Positions 34,475 through 47,800 of a stretch of 64,000 nucleotides of DNA are shown here, piece by piece. The position numbers were made by a program, and so were the translations under genes. Each line of letters opens with the position of its first letter. The first letter of the stretch is position 1. This DNA comes from Leidyana gryllorum EB-2025a (taxonomy: Eukaryota; Protista; Apicomplexa), in contig JBLWGC010000082.1 of assembly GCA_048772705.1 (NCBI GenBank), forward strand, positions 1-64,000. The letters run 5' to 3'. Below the pieces are notes generated by a model. The model worked only from the letters and a program-made list of their open reading frames with translations. It had not been told where the DNA came from and did no database searches.

Positions 34475-36120
34475 TTACCCCAATACTATAGCTCCACCGA
34501 GTATCAACGTCAACAGGTATTGTCTCTTCTGTGCTTGAAAGTACTGTCGCAAAGTCATTGCGCCTGCCACCTGCAAACGACTCTTTCGAACTAAACAATA
34601 GCCGCTCACCCCCCCACAGAACGACAACACACCAAAGATGGCACTGCGAATTAGGTCCAGCCGTCCACTCAACCAGAAGGAAATCACATTCGTCGAGCTC
34701 GTGAAGAAGACCATATAATTGGACCTATTTTCCACAAAGGAATGAGGTGTGGGCCACTCTTGTGAGTCTTACGTAGCTACAGCGTTCACTGGCGCCAACC
34801 CTGAGCAACGATCGTGTTCTCCGTCAGCCGTGGGCTTACCGATGTGAATTAAGAGAGGCCCCTTCACTAAACCGCCTCCAATACCGAGTAGGCCAGCTGC
34901 CATACCAGCTAAGCCCGACAACAAGGTATAGATTACTGTCAGATTGTGCGAGACACATGACAGAAAGACTCACACATTCGTTGGGGAACCGCCCAGTCAT
35001 ACTCGAATGACAGTATCGCTAACACTCTCGTACATCATCCGTGGCCACATACTTACCCCGTTTGCGGTATGTACTCAGTCGTCGCATTGTATACGATATG
35101 AAACATAAATGAAACCCAATTAGACAGTAGAGAATCAACGACTGACTCGTTGTGCCTACACAGAAAGGCCTCCTCGCAGCCCCAACAGTGCAGTCTACTT
35201 ACCACAGGCTAACGCCGCGGGACCCCCCGAGATCAGCAGACACATTATGTTCACTAGCCAAACCGCACACAGGAGACCCAGCTCGTATCGCGCCTTCACG
35301 ATGTGCGGGTGTGCAAAAGTATCGTCATTCGTTGGAGAAACCACTACTTGTATGGAATTGTCAGTAGTACAGTAGGATCGTATGCTGTTGGCCCCGTCTT
35401 GGGTCACACTAGTTATAGGTAGTAAAAGCCTCCCATTCTCCTCGTCTCTGTAACACCGACCAGCAGTACCATCCGGGATCACTGCCTCCCCCACACTCAA
35501 CGACTGTCCCATTTCGCTGAGACTAAAATACGATCCCTTCGCGCTGAACTCCCAACTCTGAAATGACTGACTCACAAAGCCACCCACCTCATTGGACTAA
35601 GAGGCTCAGAAGGTACAGTTGAAGGCGTGGCGTCAGCACGCAATTTCTGCCGTTCATCCTCGTTTCTGACTTCCAACGCTTCTTGGCGCTGTTTCAAGCC
35701 CGTTGTGATCGTCTTGTATGCCACGAAGGATAAAATCGAAACCAAACACAGTACTATGCACCAGGACGGGAGACACAAATTCAGGAAGACACCTAGCAAA
35801 GCTCCCAGTAAGGTCGCAGGCTGAATAAGAGTCGCCAGCTCGAAATTGATGTTGGATCGTGCCGCTGAAACTTTCACTCCTTCTTTCGAGCCGAGCCCGA
35901 TTATGTTGGTCAGGCATGCTCCGAGTGCCACACCAAATACGGTGATTTTCGATAGGGGTACTGCTTTATGCACATCCTCAGGGAATGCCAACGAAAAGAT
36001 AGGAATGAATAACGACCCTCCGCCAGTGCCAGATACGGCTGCGAGTACTCCTGCTATAAGCGAAAGGCCCCCCAGCCCCAGGAAAAGCCATCCTCCAACC
36101 ACCGTACCATTCAAAAGCAT
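34475..36120 (-). CDS. TauE/SafE (sulfite exporter) family membrane protein, multi-exon
   Basis: GTGGGSLFIP, AVPLSK, QPATLLGALLGV, a later G(I)GGG repeat and multiple TM segments. Confidence 0.8.
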
Positions 36121-36126
36121 TTTAAA

Positions 36127-36662
36127 ATGATCCCCTGCCAGGTTTTGGGCTTCCAACAAGCTCCCAGTCCCAAAGAAGCGAAAGCTCGGTTCCGTGAACT
36201 ACTGTTGGCATGTCACCCCGATACTGCTGCCAACTCGCTGACCCCCTTGCCGGCCTGCTTGGTGCCTCTTGATACTCCAAGTAGAATCAACCTTCTCAAG
36301 TGGGCCCTGAAGCAGGTCCTCTCACCCACTGAACGAGATAGTGAGTCTGTGCCGCGCATTCTGAGGATATCGCCGATGCAGAACAACTGAAGAGCGTTGT
36401 TGTCATAGTATGCCGTGCCGATACCCAAGCTCAGGTTCCTGCTGGCTATACTTTAGAACACTTCGAAAATGAATCCTATGGTTTCGTCTGCCGATGTGGA
36501 GCTGATACCCTCTTTGACCTGGACCAACATGATGTGAGCATACGCGGCGAAACACCACGTCACAATCAAAACCTGCAGGGGTCATACACGTATGACTGCG
36601 AGGGTTGCAGTCAACGATTGGCTTTCGTGTGTGCGAACACACGTTCGGAGACGGAATGCTGA
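36127..36662 (+). CDS. DPH4: DPH4/DNAJC24-like J-domain plus CSL zinc-finger protein (intron 36341-36381; probable second in-frame intron)
   Basis: J domain with HPD. After the 41-nt intron the frame reads YGFVCRCG...YDCEGCSQRL to TGA at 36660-36662. Confidence 0.8.
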
Positions 36663-38535
36663 TTCCATGGCTTTGTCTCTCCTATCTGACGCTTCGCGCT
36701 TGGTCGCAACAACCTGGCCCGCTCGTTACCGAGTTGCACGAAGGTGAGACAAAATTACACTCTGCTTGCTATCTATGGGTCCGCAGTGTGCACTCCAGAG
36801 CAAGGCTATCAAGCTCGTTGCGGTCCGGGAGCTAATTGCCTGGTGTTAGGCGGGGTCCCTACCTGTCACTGTATTGTTGATCTCACTACTGGACTAAAAC
36901 TTGCTGGAAATCCCTACCGAGCCTGCAGTGAGTTCCGTTTGCAGGGTGTGTATTCTGTTGTAGCATGGGATATCAGCGGAAGATGGGGTGTGGAGATCTC
37001 TAGTGAAGGCAGAACAGGTCGATTACTGAATGATCCCTTCACCAATGAGCCTTTCGTCATCCAAATAGACCGTACTGATGCCATCCTCAAAACGCAGTAC
37101 ATGACAGGTATTTGACACGCTAGTCACCCATCCCAAAACTACACAACAGGAGCTATCTTCGTGATTACTGCCATTACAGGGGCCGCTTCGGGTATTTGTG
37201 CACGAGTCTATGTCAACGTCGACGACAACGAATCAGTGGTATTCGAACTTGCAGAAGGTTTCGTGGATGTTACAGGCAGGCGTATGTTCTTCCGAAACCG
37301 CCTTTCTGATGCGAGTCTGACCAAGAAGTTCCCGAAAATGCCCGCTGTCCGAGATCAAAAGTGGTTGTGGGGGGGCTGGAGGAAGTGGGAAGGGTCGAAA
37401 GTCAAAATCACGGACTTCAAACGGAAGATGACAGGCAGATATAAAGTAGGGAACAGCGCGCTGCTCACATCGGGTTGGGCATATTGGTATGACGATGACT
37501 CATTTGGCGCACCGGCAGCTCGATTGTCGACTGCTTTATTCTTGGACGAGACATTACCGTTCGAGATAGCCGCATTCGACTCCACGAACAGATTCATACA
37601 GCTAGGATGGTTTGGTCGTTTGGCCATGGGAGCATCCAGCATCTCAATCATTTCTCCCGCTGACGGCAAGGAGGTTTTCACTGTGAGAAGAATGCTTGAC
37701 TGGTCTCTTCCAGTGATCCCACGTAAGTATGCAAAGCAACAAATTGAACAGCTTCACTTAGCCCCTCAACCTGCCCCGCTGACTTTGGTTGGAGCAGATC
37801 AGATCAGTCAGCTGCTACTGGCAGCCCAAAATGCTCTGGTGAGCGAATGTTGACACACCGTTAGTACACATGAGCACTGTGCAGACTCCAGTCATCCCTG
37901 AGACTCAACCTCTACCTATCGCAGTCACCTATCCCACGGACGGTCAGGTAGCAAGCCCTGGCAGTAGCGTGCAGGCGCCGGGTGCTGTGCCACCCCCGCC
38001 TGTGGGGATTACACAACCTCAAATTCAGCCTCGCTCATTGTACCGCTTGGTGAACAATACTTTAGTGGACTACAGCCAACGTCCTCGTGCACCGGAGGAT
38101 GATTTGGGCATTTTCACCGCTTTAGACCGTCTCAGATTGATGGACGCAGTGCCTGGAGAGCCACGACGCCTGCGCGAGCTCCTCTCATCCAAGCTGCCGT
38201 ACCCGGAACCTCTGACATGTCCGGTAGACGGAGCTTTGCCTGCGGACTTACGTTCGATGTATCAGTTGCCCAAAGCTACGTTGGAAGATCTCCGAGCCTT
38301 TGCGCGGAAATCGGGAGATCGTCAGACTCATGACGGTTCGTCTGCCTCACACTCGCACGCACAAACAAGTGATCGAACTGGTCATGCAAGCACCTACCAC
38401 CCAGACGATGACCCATTCGAGCTAGAGGAAGACGGATCATCGCCATACTCCCTCTTATGGAGGGACATGTCACGGCGATTGGAGGAAGCCAGCCAGGAAG
38501 CCACTACAGAAGTGCTGAAGCGCTTGAATCACTAA
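36656..38535 (+). CDS. Secreted protein with N-terminal EGF-like domain, about 5 exons
   Basis: Signal-like MLIPWLCLSYLTLRAWSQ, intron 36744-36786, and CGPGANC..CHC..GNPYRAC. Further short introns join the ORFs at 37161 and 37870. Confidence 0.7.
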
Positions 38536-38607
38536 TGCAATACTTAGATGATTGGTTATTTTGGTCACAGTGGATTTGTCAAGCAGAGTCGAAGCTGTAG
38601 AAAGTTT

Positions 38608-39839
38608 TCATTTGTAGACCTTGCAGTCAGCAATCTTCTTGCCTTGGATCTCATCACCTTCGCAGAAGTAGTCAGTGATGATCTGCTTGTCCTTCGGGTA
38701 CTCCAGCTTGGTCCAAGTGAAGGACTCGTACTGATCGTGCTCGAAGAGGCGCTTGGGGACTTCCTGGCCACGCCACATCATGAGACCCTTAACAGCAAAG
38801 TATCCATCCTCTTCGAAGACGTTGCAGACACCGAACATGTACTTGCGGAGCCAGTTGTCAATACGTTGGAGGAACATGCCAAGGAGGTTGGAGGCCATGA
38901 AGACCTTGGTGTTGTCCTGGTCGTTGAAACGGATGTACTCGAAAGTCCAGAAACTCCAGCCGTCGACACCAGCCTTCTCCAGATGTTCCCACAGGTAAGG
39001 CATGGCAACGCCCTTCAAGTCTTTGGTGTTGGAGTAGCATCGCTTCCAGGCGTCCATGTCGAAGTCGTTCGCAGGAAGGAGCTCGATGGGATCCTTCTCC
39101 TTGACGGGAGCGGGTGCGGGCTCAGCGGCCTTGGCAGCTTCCTTCTTGGGTTGGTCCTGCTTCTTGGCCTGCTCCTTCTTTTTGGGCTGTTCGGGGGCAG
39201 CAGACTGAGAAGCTGTGGTGTCGGCCTTGAGGGTGACCTCCCATCCAGCACGAGCAGCAACAGTGTTAACGAGGCGGACAAGGTGGGGGAACTTGGCCAA
39301 GGCATCGGCTTCGAGGACTTTCAAGTTCTCGACGGCACCGACCACAGCAGCGGCGAGGCTGATGTCAGCAATGCTGAGACGCTCGCCAGCGATGAAGGAG
39401 TTCTTTTCGAGACAGTTGTTGGCCTTCTCAGCAGCTCTGAGGATGTCCTCGGCGATAACTTCTTTCTTCACAGACTTGTGGCTGAAGAGGGGAGTCTCGA
39501 ACTCGCTGGCGATGACTCCCAACATGGTGTCAATCCAAGCGCGGGCGGCGAGGTCCTTGCCATAGAGCTCAGCCCAGGAGTTGGTGTTGGCAATGTAGCG
39601 GACGGCAGCGTCAGAGCCGAAGACAATGCCCTGTGGGGTCATGAGAGCTGGGAAGCGAGTCCATTGGCATTGAGAAGCATCGTAATCCTTCTCGGCCTTG
39701 CCTGCGTGGGGGAGGGGAGTATATGTGGTGTGGGGCCTGGAAACAACGTACGCTGAAGGGTGCAGCCAGCAACGGTGGCAGCAGCTTCAATTTTGCGGCG
39801 CAAGAAGCAGCAGTCCTCGGCGTAGATGGTGAGCTGCAT
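38608..39839 (-). CDS. EEF1G: Elongation factor 1-gamma (intron 39702-39751)
   Basis: GST-like N-terminus, Lys-rich linker and EF1G domain (FDMDAWKRCYSN, FMASNL, LRKYMF, WRGQ). Confidence 0.93.
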
Positions 39840-39995
39840 GGTGGTTGTGCGGTGTGAATTTGCAAGGAGCAAAAGAGCAGACGACACGACGGAAAACACG
39901 CGAAAATGGGTCTGGTTTTTTTGAGTAGCTGGGAGACCCCCTGAGAGCGAGGTAAGTTGATTTTGGACGAAAGGGTAAATAGAGTGGTCTGGCAG

Positions 39996-40609
39996 ATGGC
40001 GTTGGGCATGACCAAGAGAGAGCGCAAGCAGATTCCCCGTCGGGTGAAGGCTTCGACTCTTGCCAAATATCCGTCAGCCGAGCGGAAGAAGACTGTCAAT
40101 GCCCCCAAGGTGCGCAAGTCTTTGACTCCAGGCTCTGTGGCTATCCTGCTCGCCGGTCCTTATGCTGGTCGCCGTGTTGTGGTCCTCAAGAACCTCGAGA
40201 GTGGTTTCTTGGCTGTGACTGGTCCATTCGAATGGAACGGTGTTCCGATCCGTCGTGCTCACCCCAAGTTCGTCATTGGCACCAGCACCAAGATTGACAT
40301 CTCTGGCTTGGATACGGCCAAGTTCACTGATGCCTACTTCAACGCCACTAAGCCCACCAAGGAGGTGTCTGGCGATATCACTGAGCAGGTAGGCCCACTG
40401 TGATTAGCTGTCCATAATTTGTTTTGAAGACCAACAAGAAGGCTTCCAAGGCCCCCCGTTCCGAAGAGCAGAAAGCCGACCAGAAGGCTGTCGATAAGGC
40501 TGTCATGGCTGCTGCCGAGAAGACTTCTCCCCTTCTGAAGCAGTATATCAAGACTCGTTTCACTCTGACTGCGACCATGGGTCTCAAGGCTCACGAGCTC
40601 AAGTTTTGA
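39996..40609 (+). CDS. RPL6: 60S ribosomal protein L6 (eL6); coding intron 40389-40429, probable 5'UTR intron 39952-39995
   Basis: [43 protein letters not shown] and HELKF end. Confidence 0.95.
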
Positions 40610-40654
40610 GGGAACCACCACTAACTAACTGATTCAGTGTTTGGGTGAACTGTA

Positions 40655-43600
40655 TCAAGGAGTCAGTACATCTAGGTCGTTCTCGTTCGCAAATCCCATC
40701 AGTGATCTTTGCCGGGCTCGGATAGCATTGTAATCTTGGTGCAACTCGATCAATTCATCCAGCGCTGGGTCCGTTCGTTCAGTAAAAGTAGTTCCCGAGG
40801 ACCGCCCTCGAGCTGTCCGCGTTCCTCGCATTCCCCCTGTTGAGTCTTCTTCATCTCGTACACTCGCACTCGCACTTCCTCTCGTTCCAGCTCTGAAGCC
40901 GACCGAGTCGTCTTCTTCAAAACTGCTGCTGCCGTTCGTTCTGGAACCGGCGGCCAGAGGTGGTGGCCTCTCCTCACTCTCCCCCTCATCCGTGTAGGTT
41001 TTAGTCTGTTCAGACAAGGTGGACGAGAGATCACTGGCACTCTCGCTCCCTCCACTTGCTCGGTCGGCAGGCACTGGTCCCCTCTGGAGCTCTTCCAGCA
41101 GAACGCTTATGTCAATCGCTTTGTTTCGCCGTTTGAGCTCTTCTCGAATGATAGTGAGGCTGTTGATACCCAATACATCCACCTCGGCCTCGTCCGCGTA
41201 CACCGCCTTGGCCTGACGATCCGCTATTACACGATCCAGTGCCTCAACTTGAGCTTCGACGGCATTCTCGAGCTCTCTGCCTTCTTTCTCACAAAGTCTC
41301 TGTGTGGCTTCCACATTTCGGAAGTAATCGCTGATCAGCTGTTGAAGTTGGCGACGGTTCTCGGTCCTCCCGGTGAACACAGCGCTTTGTAGCCGATCGA
41401 TTTTGGCATCCGCGTTATGTTTCAGTATATTGAGTGCGTAGCGTTTGTTCATCATTTTCTGCGCCAAACCGAGGTAACACGCGTAGAGACGGCCTATGAC
41501 GTCTCGATCAATGCTCATCAAGACGTGTACTGCGACACTCAATTCTCCGGAAGTCATGTCGAGGAACTCAAACCGTGTCGGGTCATCCAGCAGATTGGCC
41601 AGCTTTAGACATTCCCGCCAAGTTTCCCAGCGACTCATCCCCACTTGTCGCTGATGATCCAGAATAGCCAGTTCAGCTCGCCCGACCCATTGAGGGACCA
41701 GTGAGACTTCGCCGCCCATCTCGTTGGAGCTCAGCAGATGGCCTAATCCGATTTTGCGACTTTGCTTCGCCCGATTGCCCCCTCGATAGAGTGCCGTCCA
41801 GAGGAAACAGAAACGTATGGCAAAGCCGAAGGTCTCATGGGTCAGTACACAAGCAGCGTTTCCGGTCACCATTGTGCTCAAAGCCAATGAAATGTCTCTA
41901 AGTGCTCGATCGCCAATGCGAGGAGACCCCTCATTGCGGCCTGAGATGCGGCCGCCCAGAACGAGAGAGTCTGAGACGTGCTCGAAGGTCATCATTTGCT
42001 CACACCACGCACTGCAGACATAGTGGAAGCTGTTCATGACCGTCAAGAGCCATCGCCGAAACCGTCCCAAGTTCTTGAGTTCAGGGAGAGGGGTGCTGGA
42101 GCGTCCCACAAAATATCTATCGTTGGCCAGCCTGCCTGCCTCAAAGCAAATGGCGAAGCAAACCATGAGGCTCACACAGACAACCCCAATGATCGCTACC
42201 AGTTTGAGAGACCATCCTGGAACTTTGACGCGAACAGCGTGTCGTAGCGAGGCTGCCAGTATACCGAGTGTCAAGGAGACGAGCTGCTGAGTGATATCTG
42301 CTTTGTCGAGTATCCCAAAAGTTCTGCACGAGCGGACCGGATGACTTGTCACATGTTCGCCTACCTATTGTCATTGGGTTTCAGCCACACCAGTAACATG
42401 AAAACAGTCGTGGTGAGACCCGCTGGCACGTGAAAGTTGCCAGCGTCCTGATGCGGCAGCAATAATCCTACGGGTAACACACTAAAGTAACATGTCCTGA
42501 GTATCGCGGGGAGACAGGAGCGCCACCGGTATCCATCTGCCATAATGTCGAAACCGCTGTCTGCAGTGGGGGACAGTCTCCACAGTATCCTCCGGAACCA
42601 CAAGATGAATGGCAGCCATCCAATGGCACAAATGGCCATAGCCGCCCCTATCATTTTACACAGCCAGAAGAGGCCGTCACTCTGTGGTCCCCCACACACG
42701 AACCCAAAGTTGATCTGGGGATCTCCGCGCCCACAGCCCAGAAGCTGCACCGCCCGCATGACTACTTTGGGAGTATACATCATCCAGATGACTGCGTAGA
42801 AAGGCACCATGTCTCTCAACAACAGAACCATCTTTGACGTCTCTGAGGGATGATATACTAAGCGAAACGCGCCGAACAGATGATTGTTCCTCAGCAACAT
42901 CGTGCGTTGTCTTCGGAGACTCTCCATCTCCTCCAGCAGCTGCAAAGCTCCTGAATGGTTCTGAGTAAAGGTACTCTTGATCATGAACTGGAGCTGATAT
43001 AGTGTCCATGGGGGTACTACATACCCGAAAGGTGTAATTCGGGCCGTCAGGCGTCCCTCATGGATGGTAGTCCCGACCGCTGGAGGCGAGAGCACAGTCT
43101 CGGTCAGATAAGTGTCCTCTCCTTCCGACCTTTCTAAGAAACTGAGACGATCACGCAATTCTCGCTCAGACGCAGCCAACGATTCCACCTGCCGACAGAG
43201 GTCCTCGGTTTTCCTGAAATGTCTCGCTATCCACACTGCTGTTCCGAATGCGACTGTACAGAAGACTGATTGGAGAAGAGGTTGGATGAATGTTATGAGA
43301 AATCCTTGAGCTCCAAAACGAGCCCCTGTGGTCAGACACTCTGGAGGGAACCAGCTTCCCACAGCAAGCCACACGGTGGTGGAGGTCATAAGCAGATCAG
43401 CGTGACCACTCAGAGCACTCAGTGGCGCCAGTCCCATGAATAAAGTCCATAAGATTCGAACGAGAGCAGATGTTTGAAGGGAAGGATAGTTTCGTGTCAT
43501 TTTGTAAGGCACCACCCAGGCAGCGATGATCAAAAATTCGGCTATCCACCATAGAGTCTTCGTCAGTCCTGTGAAAGCAGATCCACACTCATGACAATCC

Positions 43601-43659
43601 CCATAGAGAGGCCAAAGGCGCAAACTTCCGCTTGGACATAGTTGTTCCCCAACAATCAT
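40655..43659 (-). CDS. Multi-pass membrane hypothetical protein with coiled-coil/low-complexity C-terminus
   Basis: The 432-aa and 565-aa ORFs join in frame through a 41-nt GTAGGC..GCAG intron. Many hydrophobic segments. Confidence 0.65.
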
Positions 43660-43780
43660 ACACGGGTGCAGGTGCAGACGAGCAGTTAGGTTCCTCTATC
43701 CAACTTCACCGAAGCGTCTCGCAATCCAACCGAGCGGATCTCAAATCGGGAAATGACGCTAGATCGGTCGCTCCAACCTC

Positions 43781-44542
43781 CTACAACAGCTTCAGATGAC
43801 CCGTGATGACGTTCAGCGTGTCGTCCATTCCTGAAACCGGTGCCATGCGTCAATATGCTGCTGAACAATTGGTTGCATCATTACCTGGACCAATGGCCAG
43901 AACCGTGGCACAGCCACTCTGAACTTGAGTGCGTCCAGCGTCATACACGATGCTGAGAAAAACTTGGTGATTGAGAAAAGAGATTGTGATAAACTCACAA
44001 AGCGGGAATTCCGGCTTGAGTTGCTGCCGCATACAGCGCGTACATCTCTCCCTCGCTGCTGATTTTGACAGCCACCTTCCGTTGTCCTCCGTCTCTCCAT
44101 GCGCGGAGAGGAGGGTATTTTCTCCGCTCACACCGCTGATAGAGGCCAAGAGCAGCGTGGCCACACTGAGCGCACATCTTGCCCTTGCCCATGTTGAGAT
44201 CTGACCACAAATTCAGTTTAGGCTCCGACAAGCGTTGGGCTGTCGCTTACCGGTTCTGACGCAGAGTACCATCTTGGAGTCAATCATCCTGCCGGAGTCT
44301 TCCTCCCCTGAGTCCTCCTCATCGGAGGTGACGCCATTCCAGAGAGGATCGTCTCCGTCGTCGTCCTCATCCTCTTCATCCGACTCCTTCGCCTTGAGAG
44401 GACGGTGTCTGCCGTTGATGGCTTTCAGCCGATGGGCCAACTTGGCTTGGAGCCGTTGGACTTGGCTCTCCCGGAAAAGGAGGCCCGCCAACAGACCCGC
44501 GAAGGCGCCGATGGCGAGAGCAGCTGCGAGGAAGACGAACAT
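43781..44542 (-). CDS. PTH2: Peptidyl-tRNA hydrolase 2 with N-terminal TM anchor, 4 exons
   Basis: KMVLCVRT/DLNMGKGKMCAQCGHA, GQRKVAVK, DAGRTQV, TVLAIGP, and last exon ITGHLKLL followed by a stop. Confidence 0.92.
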
Positions 44543-44816
44543 ATAGTCAAAATTTATGTCACGTCTGAGACGCCTTTGATCGGGTGCTAAATTGGAGAAA
44601 TCCGTTAGGCAATGGCCAGCTCAGACACCCACTTCACGGTAGCGGGCTGACCCTTTCCATCCTCAGAAGTCGCAACAGCACCGAAAGTTCGATGCAGTCA
44701 CAGTCGGAGTTTCTAGGAAAGGATCGGAGAGTCATCAGCGCCGGTTAAACCTGGATGGATTTCCACATTAAAAAAAATGAAAACCAACAGGCGTATGTTG
44801 TCAGAGACAGAACGGG

Positions 44817-47800
44817 TCAATTGTGCATTCGGGTGTCACGAAAGAGACTGGTGACGTATTCAACGAACGCAGGAGGCAGAATTGTGGTTTCTAATACTCC
44901 CTCCTCGTCATCTGCGCCCACTGGTCTGGCGATCCCTTCAGCAACTATCCAATCTTCGCCGACGTCGTCGTCTCCATCATCGCCACCGTCACCATCACGC
45001 GGCGGTAAAAGTGTCTCTCCAACGTCAGTTGTGGCAGTCAGATCTTCAGCCGCTACCGCTTTCCGAGGAATCTCGTTCTCCCCACCAATGGTCTCGTCGT
45101 CCATCGCGATCACCGATCGATCTCCGATGCCTCCATAACCATTTACGCACAACCGTTTGCGTCTGTCGGTTCTGGGAAGTGCTGAAGAGGACGACTCTTC
45201 AGTTGGCGGGGTCGACCTTTTGGATGAGTGTTGTTGCTGAAGCACTCTCCACTTCATCAGAGCAGACTGCAGATTGCTGCTACACACACCAGCCTCACAC
45301 GCCTTGATCAACAGACCTCTCCGGACAGCCTCTATGTCAGCCGAGTTATTGAGTCGTTGCAGTAGCATCAGCTCCTTCACAATGCTCGGCATCAGCAGTC
45401 TATCGCATAGCATTGTGAGATCTTCAGCAAGTTCTGTCAAAGTCTCCAGCTCAGTTCCGGTGGGACTAATTCGGGAGGTTCGTAGAATCTGTGCCGTTAT
45501 CAACGCGAGACATAGCGCTGCTCGGAGGATTAGTGACAGGGCAGAGATCATACGCCGCAGAGCCTGAAGCATCACTTCCATCGAAACTGCTAATATGTTC
45601 TTCCCGTCGTTGGTGACCTCAGTCCCTGCGCCCCCACTCGTCTCGATAGTGCTGCTCCCCGGGAGGGTCTGCACCCCGAACTGCAGAGATTTGACAATCT
45701 CAATGTACGGCAGCAACATGTGGTGAATCTGCGAGATGGGGTGACGCTCGACGCGGAAACACTGCACGCCTCGCAGTAACGTATGGGCGACGTCTCGGGC
45801 AACATGTTGAGTCAGCAGAGAGAAGTGCAGCCAAACCACGGGTCGATCGACGGCCGCGTAACATGCACAGATCTGAACAGAGAGGATTGAGAAGAGGCTT
45901 AACAGGGGGGAGCGCGCCCACACACTCACTCTGGGGATCAAATGCGCTCGGTCCAACTGCTCAGTGCTCGTATACAACAGATCGAGAGTGCTCGGAATGA
46001 TATGGGGAAGGAGATTGTTGTGGAAGACATCATACGTTCGGCGGAAGTCGATGTCTCGGAACGGGTTGAGGTACACTTCAGTGTATTCGGACTTATGCAT
46101 TGGGCCGCCAAAATCATTCTTGGCCGGTGTAGCCACGGCCTCTTCACTGCTCAGAGAACTGGAGTCCGGTGCGGCCGTGAAGAAGCCCTGTTGTGAACAC
46201 TCAGAAGAGGCACGAGCAGCAGATGCAGCCGCCGCCGCCTCAGTGGTGAGGACGTGAATGTGGTCACGGCGGCGCCGAGACAACTCGGAACGAGTCAGTA
46301 AAGGGCACAAACGATTGCGGGTGGCGTACCAATGTGCAGCGTCAGCGGCAAAAACTGGAGTTCTCGACGCGATTTGGGATCCCATGGCACTCAAAGCAAT
46401 CTGATCCATCAAATCGGCGAATGTCTCTTTGATCAAATTTGCGTCGGGACGACCCATCTCCTCCGCCCACGTACATAATTGGCTCGCCAGCGCCAGAGGC
46501 TCGAGTAAGTGCTCCTTGCAGAAGTCTTCCGGGTTGGTATACTCTCGTGACACGTCTCGCAAGGCTGCCACGTGGAGAGATGGGTCCTCCACCGCAAAGG
46601 TGTCAAAGAGACTTTGGGGTCTCAACTTGGACTGCTCTGGCGAACTTTCCCGGAGACATTCCAATCGGAAGGCCACTAGCCGTACGAGTCTGTAGTTGGC
46701 CGTTGACTGTTGAGTCGTGCGCAGAACCCCGCAGTATCCATCCTTACCGTGCACAGAGCTCCAGAATAGGCAGTTTGGCCAGCTCGTCATCCATCTCTGC
46801 ACCATATTCCAACTCGAACATACTCTCCTTCACGCATTCCAAAGTCACTCTGATTTTGGCTGATCTACGACGCTGATTAGTGCTCATGCGTTGTCCACTC
46901 ACCGCTCTTCCGCGACCGTTCGTGAATCCACCTCCGCATGTAACCCCGTCTCCGTCACAATGGCTTTCAGTAACCAGGTACACCATTCTCGGGCACACCG
47001 AGAAGCCGAGCCGCAATACAACGGCGGCACGGACTCACTACAATCACCGTCGTCCTCCCCAACCTGGCTGCAGATATCCTCCAGTTCCGAAACGTAATCA
47101 GCCTCGAACGCTCTCGATGTGTGGTGGGTGGACAAGGGGGTCTGGGAACATCCGGACATGATGACATCCCGGCATTCCAGTGGTGGAGGCGCCGGAGACG
47201 CGGAGGTGCCATCCAAATGGCAAAGCAGCCGTACGGCTGCCCTCGAGCAACTCATTGTTATGCCGGGCCTCAGAGGTTCCAGCAACGAGGGTTCGATAGG
47301 TTGACGGGGGTATCCAGAAGCTATTTGGATGAGGAAGGCGCAGACCCGCAGATATTCAACTGTGCGTCGAAGGGGTGACTCGGGAAGGAAAGTGAGCAGT
47401 TTCGCAGTAACGGCTGTCACGTGAGCCAAAAGCAATTGTACAGACAACTGGTCGGTCAACTGGGGTGTATCGACTTGGAGTGGCTGATCATCCGCAAAAG
47501 CCTGGGCGGCGATCGCGACCAGTTCCCGAGCTTCTGCAAGGGCTGATATGTGACTCGAGAGAGCCCCAATGAGGCGACTTTTCAATGTTGCAGTAACGGC
47601 TGCCGCAGCAGCATCTGAGAACACAAGATCTGCGTCTACACCCGACGACGGGTCGCTGATGATATCTTGTCCGAGACAGGTGTGCATCAGGAGGATAGTG
47701 ACAGGTGTTATTGCGGTCTCTGCTGTCCACAGATACCGCCGAAGGGATTGATTGGACCGGTCAATGGCGTCGGAAGCGGTATTCTGATCATGTGTATTGT

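Noticed and set aside
38548-39756. 402-aa plus-strand ORF
   Set aside because: Antisense shadow of the codon-biased eEF1-gamma gene.
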